From: a bacterium
GTDB lineage: Bacteria; Zhuqueibacterota; Zhuqueibacteria; Zhuqueibacterales; Zhuqueibacteraceae
Assembly (NCBI GenBank): GCA_044869275.1
Contig: JBIOXB010000011.1
Location: 1 to 36,378 of the forward strand
Length of the DNA stretch: 36,378 nucleotides
Direction of reading: 5' to 3'
Shown: positions 28,475-36,326 of the stretch, piece by piece
How the letters are laid out: every line of letters starts with the position of its first letter
How positions within the stretch are numbered: the first letter of the stretch is position 1
Position numbers and translations under genes: made by a program
The notes under the pieces: generated by a model
Databases searched by the model: none
The model's input: the letters and a program-made list of their open reading frames with translations, nothing else
What the model was told of the DNA's origin: nothing

Positions 28475-31400
28475 CCCGCCAGCCGCGCGCGAGCCATTTT
28501 CATCAGCTCGGCAGTCAACGACTCTTGCAGAGACTGCGGGCAGCCGGCTTCCCGCAACAGGCGTTTGATTTTGCGCCGCATTTCACGCTGCACCTCTTGC
28601 TTGCGAGGCCAGTCGACCACCGCAGTTTCCGGCGCGAGCACAATCAACAATTCGTGCGCCAGCTTTTCCTGTTGCGCATTTTGAACTTGGGAATCGCCTT
28701 CCTGCGGCGCCAAGAATCTTTTTAAGATTCCTGCAAAAGCCAGCACGTGCGTGGCGTCCGTGCGTTCGCCTTTGTCGAGGCGCAGCCGCATCGCTTCGGC
28801 GTGCAGTCTGGCAAAGACGGTCGCCTCCTCCAACCGGCCGAGTTGGCGCTCGATTTCGAGCTTTTCCACGCGTTGCTCCAAAGCGCGATAATAAGCCGGA
28901 TCGGCCGGCGCGGCGCGGTGGATCTCGCGATACAGCACGTGCAACAGGCGCAAAATCTTCGCGGCGAGCGTTTCAAATGTCTCCAGCTCCAGCCAAAAGT
29001 CTTGCCCGTAAAGCGAAGCCTCTTCGCGAATCTTCGACGGGCTGTGCAGGCGCGCTTCTTCTTCAAACAACCGGCTGAGTTTTTGGCTGGGATGTGCCGC
29101 CGCCAATGCTTCATCAAAATAAAACGCCGCAGCTTCCCGCCGGAGTTGATCCCACCTCGAGGCTTCCTGCCAAACAGTTTCGTGGAGAATCTTGGGCAGC
29201 AACTGATCCAGCCAGCGCGTCAAGCGCCGCCAGGCTCTGGTAAACGCGGCGCGTCTTTCCACTGCCGCCAGCGCCACCAAGTCATGCTCGCTGCGGTGGG
29301 GTTCCGCGGCATACTCAAAAAGCGCCGACAATTCGCGCCGCCACCAGCGCAATTCTTCGAACTGAGAGAATCCATACCGGTCCGTGATTGCCGCGGCAAT
29401 CTCCACCGGCGCGGCCGCCGCGCTTTCAGGCTCGCTCTGGATTACGCCCCAGTAATCAACCAACAAACCAAACGTCTTATTTTCATTGTGGGCGCGCTGC
29501 GTGAGCGCAGCAGCTTCGAGCACAGCTTCTTCTTCCAGTCGCCGGTCGATATAAACCGCTTGCACGTGCGGTGTCGAGAAATGTGCCGGCAAATTCTCAG
29601 CAGCAATCAGCAACGACGGTGCGCGCAGATCTGCAAATCTGCACAGAATTTCTTCCGCCTCCCTCGGCACGCGCGATTTCGCATTTTGTTGCTGGAGTGG
29701 GGCAGTGCTTTCCGCCGGGGGCGGCAGAACAACGACTTGGCCGGGCATTTTTTCTGCGAGCAGCGCGAAGTAGCGTGCCGCCAGGGCATTATCGGCTGCA
29801 AGCAGAATGGCGCAATTGCCGTTGGCTGCGATCTCCTGCCGGAAGTGCAGAAAAATATCGTCGGTGATCGCGCGCAGGCGGATTTCGTTTTTGGCCCCGT
29901 CAGGCGCGGACCAAAGGCTGAGACTTTCCGGCGTCCCGCGTTCGGCCATTGCTTCGAGAGGGGGCGGGTGCGCCTCGCGCCTCGCGAGGTGCCATTCGGG
30001 CAATCGCAATTCAAACTTCACGGGAAGAATATAACCTTCGCGTTCCGCTTGCTGGTGAGAGTAGACATGAATCTCGTTTTGCAAACTGCGAGAACGCGCG
30101 CCGCTTTTCGGAGTGAAAGAAAAAGAAGTGAATGCCACAATGGCGGCATGCGGCAAGGCGTGTTCGAGCTCCAGCAGGAATTCGCTTTGTTCGCGGTGCG
30201 GCAAGGCTTCAACCAGCACGATCAAGGGCGCGGCAAGAAGCGGCGGGAAACGCCTGCCGGCATGCTGCTCCGCTTTAATCGCGAGGTGAAATTGCTTCGG
30301 CGAAACGGCGACGGCATCACTCCCAGCCTCCTGTAAAGCCTGCACCAGGTCTCGGTCTTCGGCCAAAGGCGACAAAGGCGGCCCTTGGCTCTGCTGCCCC
30401 CCGGCATGGAACAATTCGATCAAATCCAGCCGCGAGCCGAGGAGGAGCAGCCCGTGCTGTGCGAAACGCGCCTCCTGCCGCAGCTTGCTGGCCAGCCAAA
30501 ACAGGCTGAACGACCTTCCGGTGCCGGCCGGATGCACGATTGCGCCGCTCGCCGTCAGTAACGACCCGGGCTCGGCTTGGGCGAGGCGGCTGTATGCCGC
30601 TTGTACGGCATGAAACTGGTGGCACCAAGCCAGTTTTTTCTCCGGCCCGCGCGCGCTGGGAACAAAAGCGGTGAAATTGCGGAACAACTCGAGAAGATGG
30701 TGGGGCGGGAACATGCCCGCCAGCAGAACGTCCTGCGCCGTGGGCAATTCGCTTTCACGATCCGGCGTTTGCCGCAAACGGGCGCGCACTTCTTCCCAGC
30801 TCAGCGGTGAACAGTCCTCCCAGGTTTTGAAATCCTGCGCGCCCGCAGCAACGCCACCATAACAAGCGGCATTTTTTTGCAAAACGACGAGAAAATGAAC
30901 GGTATAAAACAGGCGCTGGATTTCGTGCAGCGCCTGCAATTGTTGGAGACGTTCTATGCCGCGGCGCAAGCCTTCGGTTTCATGCATGGCGCGCGCTTCG
31001 AAAACGGCGAGCGGGATGCCGTTGACAAAAATAACGGCATCGAGCACGCGCACCCCGCCGGCGCCGGCGAATTGAAACTGCTCGACGATGAGAAAATCGT
31101 TGCGACCGGGATTTTCAAAATCAAAATAGCGAAGTGGCGTTCCTGTTTCAGCCGGGGCCGCGCTGGTTGCCGGCGCACCCGGCGCTTGCTCAAGTGTGGC
31201 AGGCGCGTGCCGGCCACCGGCGACCATCTTGTAGTAAAGCTCTTGTTGCACGGCAGGCAACGGCGCATGCGCCGGCGAGGCCAGATCGTTCACGCCCCTG
31301 CGCAACTCGGTTTCGGAAAGATCGGGATTGAGTTCGCGCAATTTGCGCAATAAGCGGCCGGCTAGAATCGCTTCACCCAAGGTTTGCCGTTCCAGTTGAA

Positions 31401-31503
31401 AAGCCGGGCTGTCCTGGTGAAAGTATCCGTACTGAAATGCCTGCCGCAGGAAGCTCAAGGCGGGCCGGAGTACTTCGATGTTTTTCACGCCGGTGGAATG
31501 CAT
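28471..31503 (-). CDS. Type I restriction HsdR-like protein with degenerate nuclease and helicase motifs
   Basis: LRYFDFENPGRNDFLIVEQF, D...FVNGIPLAVFE, LLELFRNF, Y...AEREG.ILP and C-terminal VDW..K.EVQREMRRKIKRLL are HsdR hallmarks. Catalytic motifs are altered (EAR, AGTGRS, VEALPH). ATG 31503 is preferred over TTG 31545. Confidence 0.88.
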   Translation of the reverse strand: MHSTGVKNIEVLRPALSFLRQAFQYGYFHQDSPAFQLERQTLGEAILAGRLLRKLRELNPDLSETELRRGVNDLASPAHAPLPAVQQELYYKMVAGGRHAPATLEQAPGAPATSAAPAETGTPLRYFDFENPGRNDFLIVEQFQFAGAGGVRVLDAVIFVNGIPLAVFEARAMHETEGLRRGIERLQQLQALHEIQRLFYTVHFLVVLQKNAACYGGVAAGAQDFKTWEDCSPLSWEEVRARLRQTPDRESELPTAQDVLLAGMFPPHHLLELFRNFTAFVPSARGPEKKLAWCHQFHAVQAAYSRLAQAEPGSLLTASGAIVHPAGTGRSFSLFWLASKLRQEARFAQHGLLLLGSRLDLIELFHAGGQQSQGPPLSPLAEDRDLVQALQEAGSDAVAVSPKQFHLAIKAEQHAGRRFPPLLAAPLIVLVEALPHREQSEFLLELEHALPHAAIVAFTSFSFTPKSGARSRSLQNEIHVYSHQQAEREGYILPVKFELRLPEWHLARREAHPPPLEAMAERGTPESLSLWSAPDGAKNEIRLRAITDDIFLHFRQEIAANGNCAILLAADNALAARYFALLAEKMPGQVVVLPPPAESTAPLQQQNAKSRVPREAEEILCRFADLRAPSLLIAAENLPAHFSTPHVQAVYIDRRLEEEAVLEAAALTQRAHNENKTFGLLVDYWGVIQSEPESAAAAPVEIAAAITDRYGFSQFEELRWWRRELSALFEYAAEPHRSEHDLVALAAVERRAAFTRAWRRLTRWLDQLLPKILHETVWQEASRWDQLRREAAAFYFDEALAAAHPSQKLSRLFEEEARLHSPSKIREEASLYGQDFWLELETFETLAAKILRLLHVLYREIHRAAPADPAYYRALEQRVEKLEIERQLGRLEEATVFARLHAEAMRLRLDKGERTDATHVLAFAGILKRFLAPQEGDSQVQNAQQEKLAHELLIVLAPETAVVDWPRKQEVQREMRRKIKRLLREAGCPQSLQESLTAELMKMARARLAG

Positions 31504-31509
31504 GCAAAA

Positions 31510-31538
31510 ATAGTAATACGGATTTTTGTGAAACGCAA
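31510..31538 (-). promoter_or_regulatory. Candidate sigma-70 promoter, leaderless, for the hsdR-like gene
   Basis: TTGCGT-17 bp-TACTAT ending 6 nt before ATG 31503; no SD sequence visible. Confidence 0.55.
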
Positions 31539-31587
31539 ATTCCAAGGCGCGAGGAAGGCGGTGGGGGGCAGGTTGGAAATTTGAACC

Positions 31588-31623
31588 AGTACTCTGTCAC
31601 CTGAATTAAGGTGACAGTGTACT
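31588..31623. repeat. 36-bp palindrome between the hsdM-like and hsdR-like genes
   Basis: AGTACTCTGTCACCT-GAATTA-AGGTGACAGTGTACT, with arms matching at 14/15. Confidence 0.8.
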
Positions 31624-31667
31624 AGCGTGATCTTCATGACCGGCCTACGGCAGGAACCCGGTGGGTC

Positions 31668-33395
31668 TCACGTTTGCGCGAAACGCGCTAAATCCTGCAC
31701 CAGGCGGTCCATCTCCGCTTCCGCTCGCCGGCATTCCGCTGCCAGCGTTTGCAAGTCTTGCAGCTCTTGTGTGAGATTCAGGGAAAGCCCGGCGCGTTGT
31801 TTGGCGCAGTAGTGTGCCGGCGTCAGATAGTGATGCTGACTGCACGCGATTTCGCTCAGGGTGGCGGAGGCGAAGCAGCGCGCCACCGCCGCGGGAGACG
31901 CCAGCCATTGGTGCAGGGCGGCGCTCATGTTTTGGAGCTCGTACATGTGGTCGCGTGCCTCTTGCTCGGCAAGCGCTTGGCCTTGCCTTTCCTGCCGCCA
32001 AATTTCCCGCAGTCGCAGATGCCGGCTCTCTACCGCCGCTTTCCTGCGCTCCAATTCCTCGGTAGTGTATTCCACCAGTTTTTCCCGGCCGTCACTGTGA
32101 AAAATTGCCGCGATCGCCAACCCCTGCAAGTCGCCCTTTTGTGCTGACGTGATCGCCTCCGGAAAGGCGCCCGCGTCGATGAACAGCACGCGTCCCTGCC
32201 GCTCCGCCGCTTTGGCGCGATTCAGCACCAAAATGGCGGAGGGCAGCTTGGCATCATACAGCCGGCCCGGCGGCAGGCTGATCACGGCTTCGATGGCATC
32301 CACCTCCTTTTGCAGCAAGGCGCGGCGAATCTGGGCTTCGGCGCCGCCGCGAAACAACACGCCTTGTGGCACCACGAGCGCGGCGCGTCCCCGGTCCGTC
32401 AGCACGGCCCAAATGTGCAGCACGAACGCCAAGTCGCCGCGTTTCGGAGGCGGCATCCCCGCTGCAAAGCGCTGCCAGGGATCCTGCTGCGCTTCCGTAT
32501 GGCCCCAATCCGAAACCGAAAAAGGCAGATGCGCCGGCATGAGATCGAAGCGCTGCAATTCTCCGGATTCCGCCAGGAGCGGCGAAGTAATGGCATTGCC
32601 GGTCCAGATCAGGTGATCGGTAAGATCGTGCAGCAGCAGGTTGAGCTTGCACAACGACCAGGTCGCGGCATCGATTTCCTGGCCGTAGAGCGAAAGGTTT
32701 TGTGGATTATGGCCGCGGTGCTCCACATGTTGGGCGCAAGCGATCAAGCTGCCGCCTGTACCGCAGGTGGGATCGCAGATGCGCATGCCCGGTTGCGGCT
32801 GCAACAAATCGGCGAGCAGTTGCATCAAGGGCGGCGGGCTGGCGAAGTCCGGCTTTTTCCGGCTGTGGGTGCCGGCCAGCTCGGCAATTGTTTGCGCGCA
32901 AGCGCTTCCGATCATTTCCGGAGAAAACAAATTGCGGCGGGACAAGTCGATCTTATCGAAGTGTTCCCACAAGCGGCAGCATAGTTTTTCCCAGTGTGGT
33001 TGCTGCGCTGTTCCCGCTGCTGGGGCGAAGCGGAGTGGTGCGAAAACGCCCGAGAGCATGTGAGCATAGCGGTTTTCGAGCGCGGCGCAAGCTTGCGCAA
33101 ATTTTTCAGCGCAATGCCCTTCGGCTTCGGCGATCGCCTGCCATTTTGCTTCCGCCGGCAGAAAGAAGCGATATTCATCGGGATCTTCTGCCACGAGGCG
33201 CGCTTCGGCTTCGGAACGGCCGGCGGTTGTTTCCTCCTGTAGAATCGTGCGCCAGCGATCTTCAAACTCATCGTTCACACTCTTGAGCCAAAGCCACGCG
33301 CACAGCAGAAAACGGCTTTCCGGGGTATCGCCGTGCTCGCGCAGAATTTCCAGCGCCCCGCGCAGGTGAGTTTGCAATCCTTCAAGAGAAAGCAT
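31668..33395 (-). CDS. Type I HsdM-like N6-adenine methyltransferase homolog with altered catalytic motif IV
   Basis: HsdM N-terminal domain (L..HL.....LR, LK..ND.F, FFLP.EAKW), motif I DPTCGTGG, YGQE, PP..RGDLAF, GVLFRGGAE..IR, AVI.LP, VLFIDA. NPPF is replaced by HLPF. Confidence 0.9.
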   Translation of the reverse strand: MLSLEGLQTHLRGALEILREHGDTPESRFLLCAWLWLKSVNDEFEDRWRTILQEETTAGRSEAEARLVAEDPDEYRFFLPAEAKWQAIAEAEGHCAEKFAQACAALENRYAHMLSGVFAPLRFAPAAGTAQQPHWEKLCCRLWEHFDKIDLSRRNLFSPEMIGSACAQTIAELAGTHSRKKPDFASPPPLMQLLADLLQPQPGMRICDPTCGTGGSLIACAQHVEHRGHNPQNLSLYGQEIDAATWSLCKLNLLLHDLTDHLIWTGNAITSPLLAESGELQRFDLMPAHLPFSVSDWGHTEAQQDPWQRFAAGMPPPKRGDLAFVLHIWAVLTDRGRAALVVPQGVLFRGGAEAQIRRALLQKEVDAIEAVISLPPGRLYDAKLPSAILVLNRAKAAERQGRVLFIDAGAFPEAITSAQKGDLQGLAIAAIFHSDGREKLVEYTTEELERRKAAVESRHLRLREIWRQERQGQALAEQEARDHMYELQNMSAALHQWLASPAAVARCFASATLSEIACSQHHYLTPAHYCAKQRAGLSLNLTQELQDLQTLAAECRRAEAEMDRLVQDLARFAQT

Positions 33396-33420
33396 GGTTC
33401 ATACCTGGTGTGAAATGCCA

Positions 33421-33462
33421 AAATCCAAAGCACAAAATTCAAAGCGCAAAGCACAAAACGCA
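33421..33462 (+). repeat. Degenerate heptamer tandem repeat (6 units)
   Basis: AAATCCA AAGCACA AAATTCA AAGCGCA AAGCACA AAACGCA; same family as the 19734/27027 repeat. Confidence 0.85.
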
Positions 33463-33516
33463 AATAGATTTCAAGATGCAAGGAACTCAAATCCACCAAT
33501 CCATTAATCCGAAGAT

Positions 33517-34116
33517 CTACTCTTCTACAAAAAGCATATTGATCGCCAGGTGTTGCGCCAGAGTCAGGCGCTTTTCCGCCACTTGCATGGCCAGGCGGTG
33601 CTGGCGCTCGGCCGACTCCAGCAGGGCAACGGCTTTTTGCTGAACTTCTCGGGGCGGTACGGGGATTGAGATTCTTTTGACCAGACGCACGGTCAAGTTT
33701 TTTTGCGCCGTGGTGGATTGGGAGGCGCGCAACAAAGCCGCTTGACCGGCCGGGTGCTGGAAGTATGCTGCCAGGAGCTGATAGGCCAATTGCGGTCCGC
33801 AGTGAATGGCCATGATATTGGAATCGATCAACATGCCCTCAGCTTTCTCCGGCGCCACAATGATGCGCAAATCCGTGCCGCGGCAGGGCAGTAAAACATC
33901 GTGCGCCGCGATCCTGTAATTCTCCAAATTCGTGCGGGGCGAAAGATGGACGATTTCAATGGCGTTGAAGTCGATTCCCTGCGAACGCAGCGCTTTCATC
34001 CCCAGCAGCGGCACGGCAGGATTGTTTTCGTCCCAGGACAAACCGCGGCCATGGCGCGCCACGCCCACGAACACTTCCGCGATTTCACCCAATTCCAACT
34101 CTGGATACTGTGACAT
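33517..34116 (-). CDS. Half-size HsdS-like specificity subunit (single TRD plus conserved helix)
   Basis: LGEIAEVFVG, DVLL..RG, TAQKNL....K.I.IPVPP.EVQQK and a C-terminal long helix; about 199 aa from ATG 34116. Confidence 0.82.
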   Translation of the reverse strand: MSQYPELELGEIAEVFVGVARHGRGLSWDENNPAVPLLGMKALRSQGIDFNAIEIVHLSPRTNLENYRIAAHDVLLPCRGTDLRIIVAPEKAEGMLIDSNIMAIHCGPQLAYQLLAAYFQHPAGQAALLRASQSTTAQKNLTVRLVKRISIPVPPREVQQKAVALLESAERQHRLAMQVAEKRLTLAQHLAINMLFVEE

Positions 34117-34140
34117 GGCCCACCCTTGGAACAAGGTTAT

Positions 34141-34422
34141 TCATGCATCCACGATTTCAACGTCGCAATACAACAGACCCTGCAGGTCGCGCGAATGGAC
34201 GTAGCAACGCACGGTCCTGCCTTGCAACCACTCTTCTAATTGTGTTTGGGCTTCTTCTCCGGCGAGTGTAACGTAGACAGGCGAGCTGCTGGCGATGCGG
34301 ATGCTTTCCCGGCTGTGATAAGGATAGTCGTTGTGCCGGCCGACGAGCGTAACTTGCATTTCAAAAGTATCACCCGACAACACCAGCACCACCGGACCCT
34401 GAATCCAATCTTCACTGCGCAT
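34141..34422 (-). CDS. Small staphylococcal-nuclease-like OB-fold protein, degenerate active site
   Basis: V..VLSGDTF, IRI, G.EA...L...L.GRTV, RD..G.LYCDV match the SNase scaffold; GAAAGG RBS; no signal peptide. Confidence 0.7.
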   Translation of the reverse strand: MRSEDWIQGPVVLVLSGDTFEMQVTLVGRHNDYPYHSRESIRIASSSPVYVTLAGEEAQTQLEEWLQGRTVRCYVHSRDLQGLLYCDVEIVDA

Positions 34423-34553
34423 GATTTGCCTTTCTGTGGCCCCGCCACGAATTGAATGATCCTTCCGGCAAAATGCGTTTTGACATCTTTGACCAGTATC
34501 GTGCTCAGCCTGCTTCGTTGTGAGGGCTGAGGCAAGATTGTCTGCAGACGCTG

Positions 34554-34582
34554 ATGATAAGACATTTCTTTAATTTTGTCAA
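34554..34582 (-). promoter_or_regulatory. Sigma-70 promoter for the SNase-like/hsdS/hsdM operon
   Basis: TTGACA-17 bp-TATCAT on the minus strand, with an AT-rich tract upstream. Confidence 0.7.
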
Positions 34583-34676
34583 CAAATATTTTATACATGT
34601 CATATTAATCATAATAATAATTAGTAACGTGATTATTAATTTTACAATTTCAACTTAGCTTACCTTCATCATTTCA

Positions 34677-34752
34677 TGTCATCCCGGAGGGATCTTTTTC
34701 CGCACTTGGCACAGTGCTTATGCTGAAAAAGGTCCCGCAAGGCGGGATGACA
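34677..34752. repeat. REP-like long imperfect hairpin
   Basis: TGTCATCCCG / CGGGATGACA outer arms (10 bp) and GGGATCTTTTTC / GAAAAAGGTCCC inner arms. Confidence 0.75.
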
Positions 34753-34859
34753 AGAAGTGGGTGAGATACTCAACTTAACATTGTTTGTAATTGAGATCAG
34801 TTCGTAAAACTCTGTAACACCAGCATGGGCAATTTTGCCTGTTCAGCAAAGCTTCAGTC

Positions 34860-34886
34860 CACAGATTTCGCAGATTACGCGGATTT
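34860..34886 (+). repeat. Nonamer tandem repeat (3 units)
   Basis: CACAGATTT CGCAGATTA CGCGGATTT. Confidence 0.7.
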
Positions 34887-35148
34887 CTTATCTACCTAGT
34901 CCGCAAAATAGGCGGACAGAGAGTATATTGTGTTGGACTCGGCTGCTTCAAGTCATTGGTGTTTTTCTCTTGGTGAGATCATAATTCCAAATGTGTGACA
35001 GCCAAGCAAATGGTATCATTGTGACAAACAAACTGAACAAGCCTTCGAGAAAATCTCAAGTACATAATAGTGATACAGCTGTCAAGTTTTAAAACAGTGA
35101 GACTGAAATATCATTCAGCTAAACCGAGAATCTCCATTGCGCAAGGCT

Positions 35149-35163
35149 TGGCATTGCGCTTGT
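35149..35163 (+). promoter_or_regulatory. Possible sigma-54-like promoter
   Basis: TGGCAT-N5-TTGT, 60 bp upstream of 35224; the -12 element is imperfect. Confidence 0.3.
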
Positions 35164-35223
35164 ATTTCACTTTAATGCATTCAAAACAATTCCAATCAAG
35201 GACCCACAAAGCAGGGATGTATC

Positions 35224-36255
35224 ATGAAACGAGAACTACTTACTTTGGTCGGTTGCCTAGCCATCTCTAGCTTTTTGATGCAGGCATGCGACAAAGAACA
35301 ACCGCTGGGAACCGGCGCTGACCGCATTGGCGGCGAAGAACTGAACCTGGAAAAAGACTTCGGCGGCTTTACCACTGACGACGAAGCCGTGATGTTCAAC
35401 AATGACGAAGTGAGGGCTGAATTCCTCGAGGACGGAAGCGTGAGCGATCCGGTGAGTGACCAGGCCACGTTGAATCTCTCCGCGGCCGACGCCCCAAAGG
35501 CCATTGAAGTACGCCTGACTTGGGGATTGCTCGCCGGCGATCCCACCGCCGAGGAATTGATTGATTGGTCGGGCATGGTGAGCGTCTCGCGCGGCGTGTT
35601 GGCAGTGCTGAAAGTGATTCGCTTTGAATCCGAACTGCAGGGTGACCGTTTGCACCTGCCGCGTGCCAACTCCAGGGAGTTGGCTTTCAGCTCCTACGCG
35701 GATAAACATTATGATGGTTTATTGCTGCTGATCGTGGATGATGACCTCAGCGGCACGCCCGGGGAATTCACCATTCAAGCCGGCAATTACTCGCGCACAT
35801 TTACGTTCGAGGAGCTCGCGCCTTTGAATATCGTTGAGCCGGTCGGCCCAAATGCGAACGCGGTCTCCATCATCGGCCGCAGAAGAGGAGCGCAGGCTCC
35901 CGACGGCGGCTTTCTCTCTGGCAGCTGGCTGGAGACGAATAATCACGGCGGCAGGTTTTCCGGCCGCTGGATCAATAGCGCCGGGGAGAACGCCGGCGCG
36001 GTTTGCGGCATCTGGGGCGTGCGCCGCAACGGCGAGCAAGTATTTTACGGCAAATATATCGGCTTGAACGGCGAGTTTGCCGGGTTGCTCGGGGGCCATT
36101 GGAGCTATGCTGGCGACGAGCATACTGGCGTGTTCGAAGGCAGTTGGTTCAACCTCGACCTCCAGGAAAGCGGCGTCGTGGCCGGGAATTTCCAGTTGGG
36201 CCAGTCCTGTGAGGACTGCGGCTTTTTCGGCGGCCGCTGGTTCAAGCAGCAATAA
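35224..36255 (+). CDS. Hypothetical lipoprotein with C-terminal Gly/Trp beta-repeats
   Basis: MKR + hydrophobic stretch + MQAC lipobox; repeated G.F.G.W units in the C-terminal third. Confidence 0.85.
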   Translation: MKRELLTLVGCLAISSFLMQACDKEQPLGTGADRIGGEELNLEKDFGGFTTDDEAVMFNNDEVRAEFLEDGSVSDPVSDQATLNLSAADAPKAIEVRLTWGLLAGDPTAEELIDWSGMVSVSRGVLAVLKVIRFESELQGDRLHLPRANSRELAFSSYADKHYDGLLLLIVDDDLSGTPGEFTIQAGNYSRTFTFEELAPLNIVEPVGPNANAVSIIGRRRGAQAPDGGFLSGSWLETNNHGGRFSGRWINSAGENAGAVCGIWGVRRNGEQVFYGKYIGLNGEFAGLLGGHWSYAGDEHTGVFEGSWFNLDLQESGVVAGNFQLGQSCEDCGFFGGRWFKQQ

Positions 36256-36290
36256 TGACTGCGGTTTTCACATCACGTTTCACGTGTGCC

Positions 36291-36326
36291 AGCGCCGCGG
36301 GAGATTCTCCCGCGGCGCTTTGTTTT
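36291..36326 (+). terminator. Rho-independent terminator
   Basis: AGCGCCGCGGGAG / CTCCCGCGGCGCT 13-bp stem followed by TTGTTTT. Confidence 0.85.

Noticed and set aside
28747..30336. 529-aa plus-strand ORF
   Set aside because: Antisense to the hsdR-like gene; expected in GC-rich coding DNA and has no motifs.
33421..33462. CRISPR array or other repeat-spacer array
   Set aside because: Short degenerate tandem heptads with no spacers; no cas genes or repeat-spacer pattern anywhere in the window.
28471..34116. Annotation as a functional hsdRMS system or as simple pseudogenes
   Set aside because: Catalytic motifs are substituted, so function cannot be assumed; the reading frames are fully intact, so a pseudogene call is not supported either.
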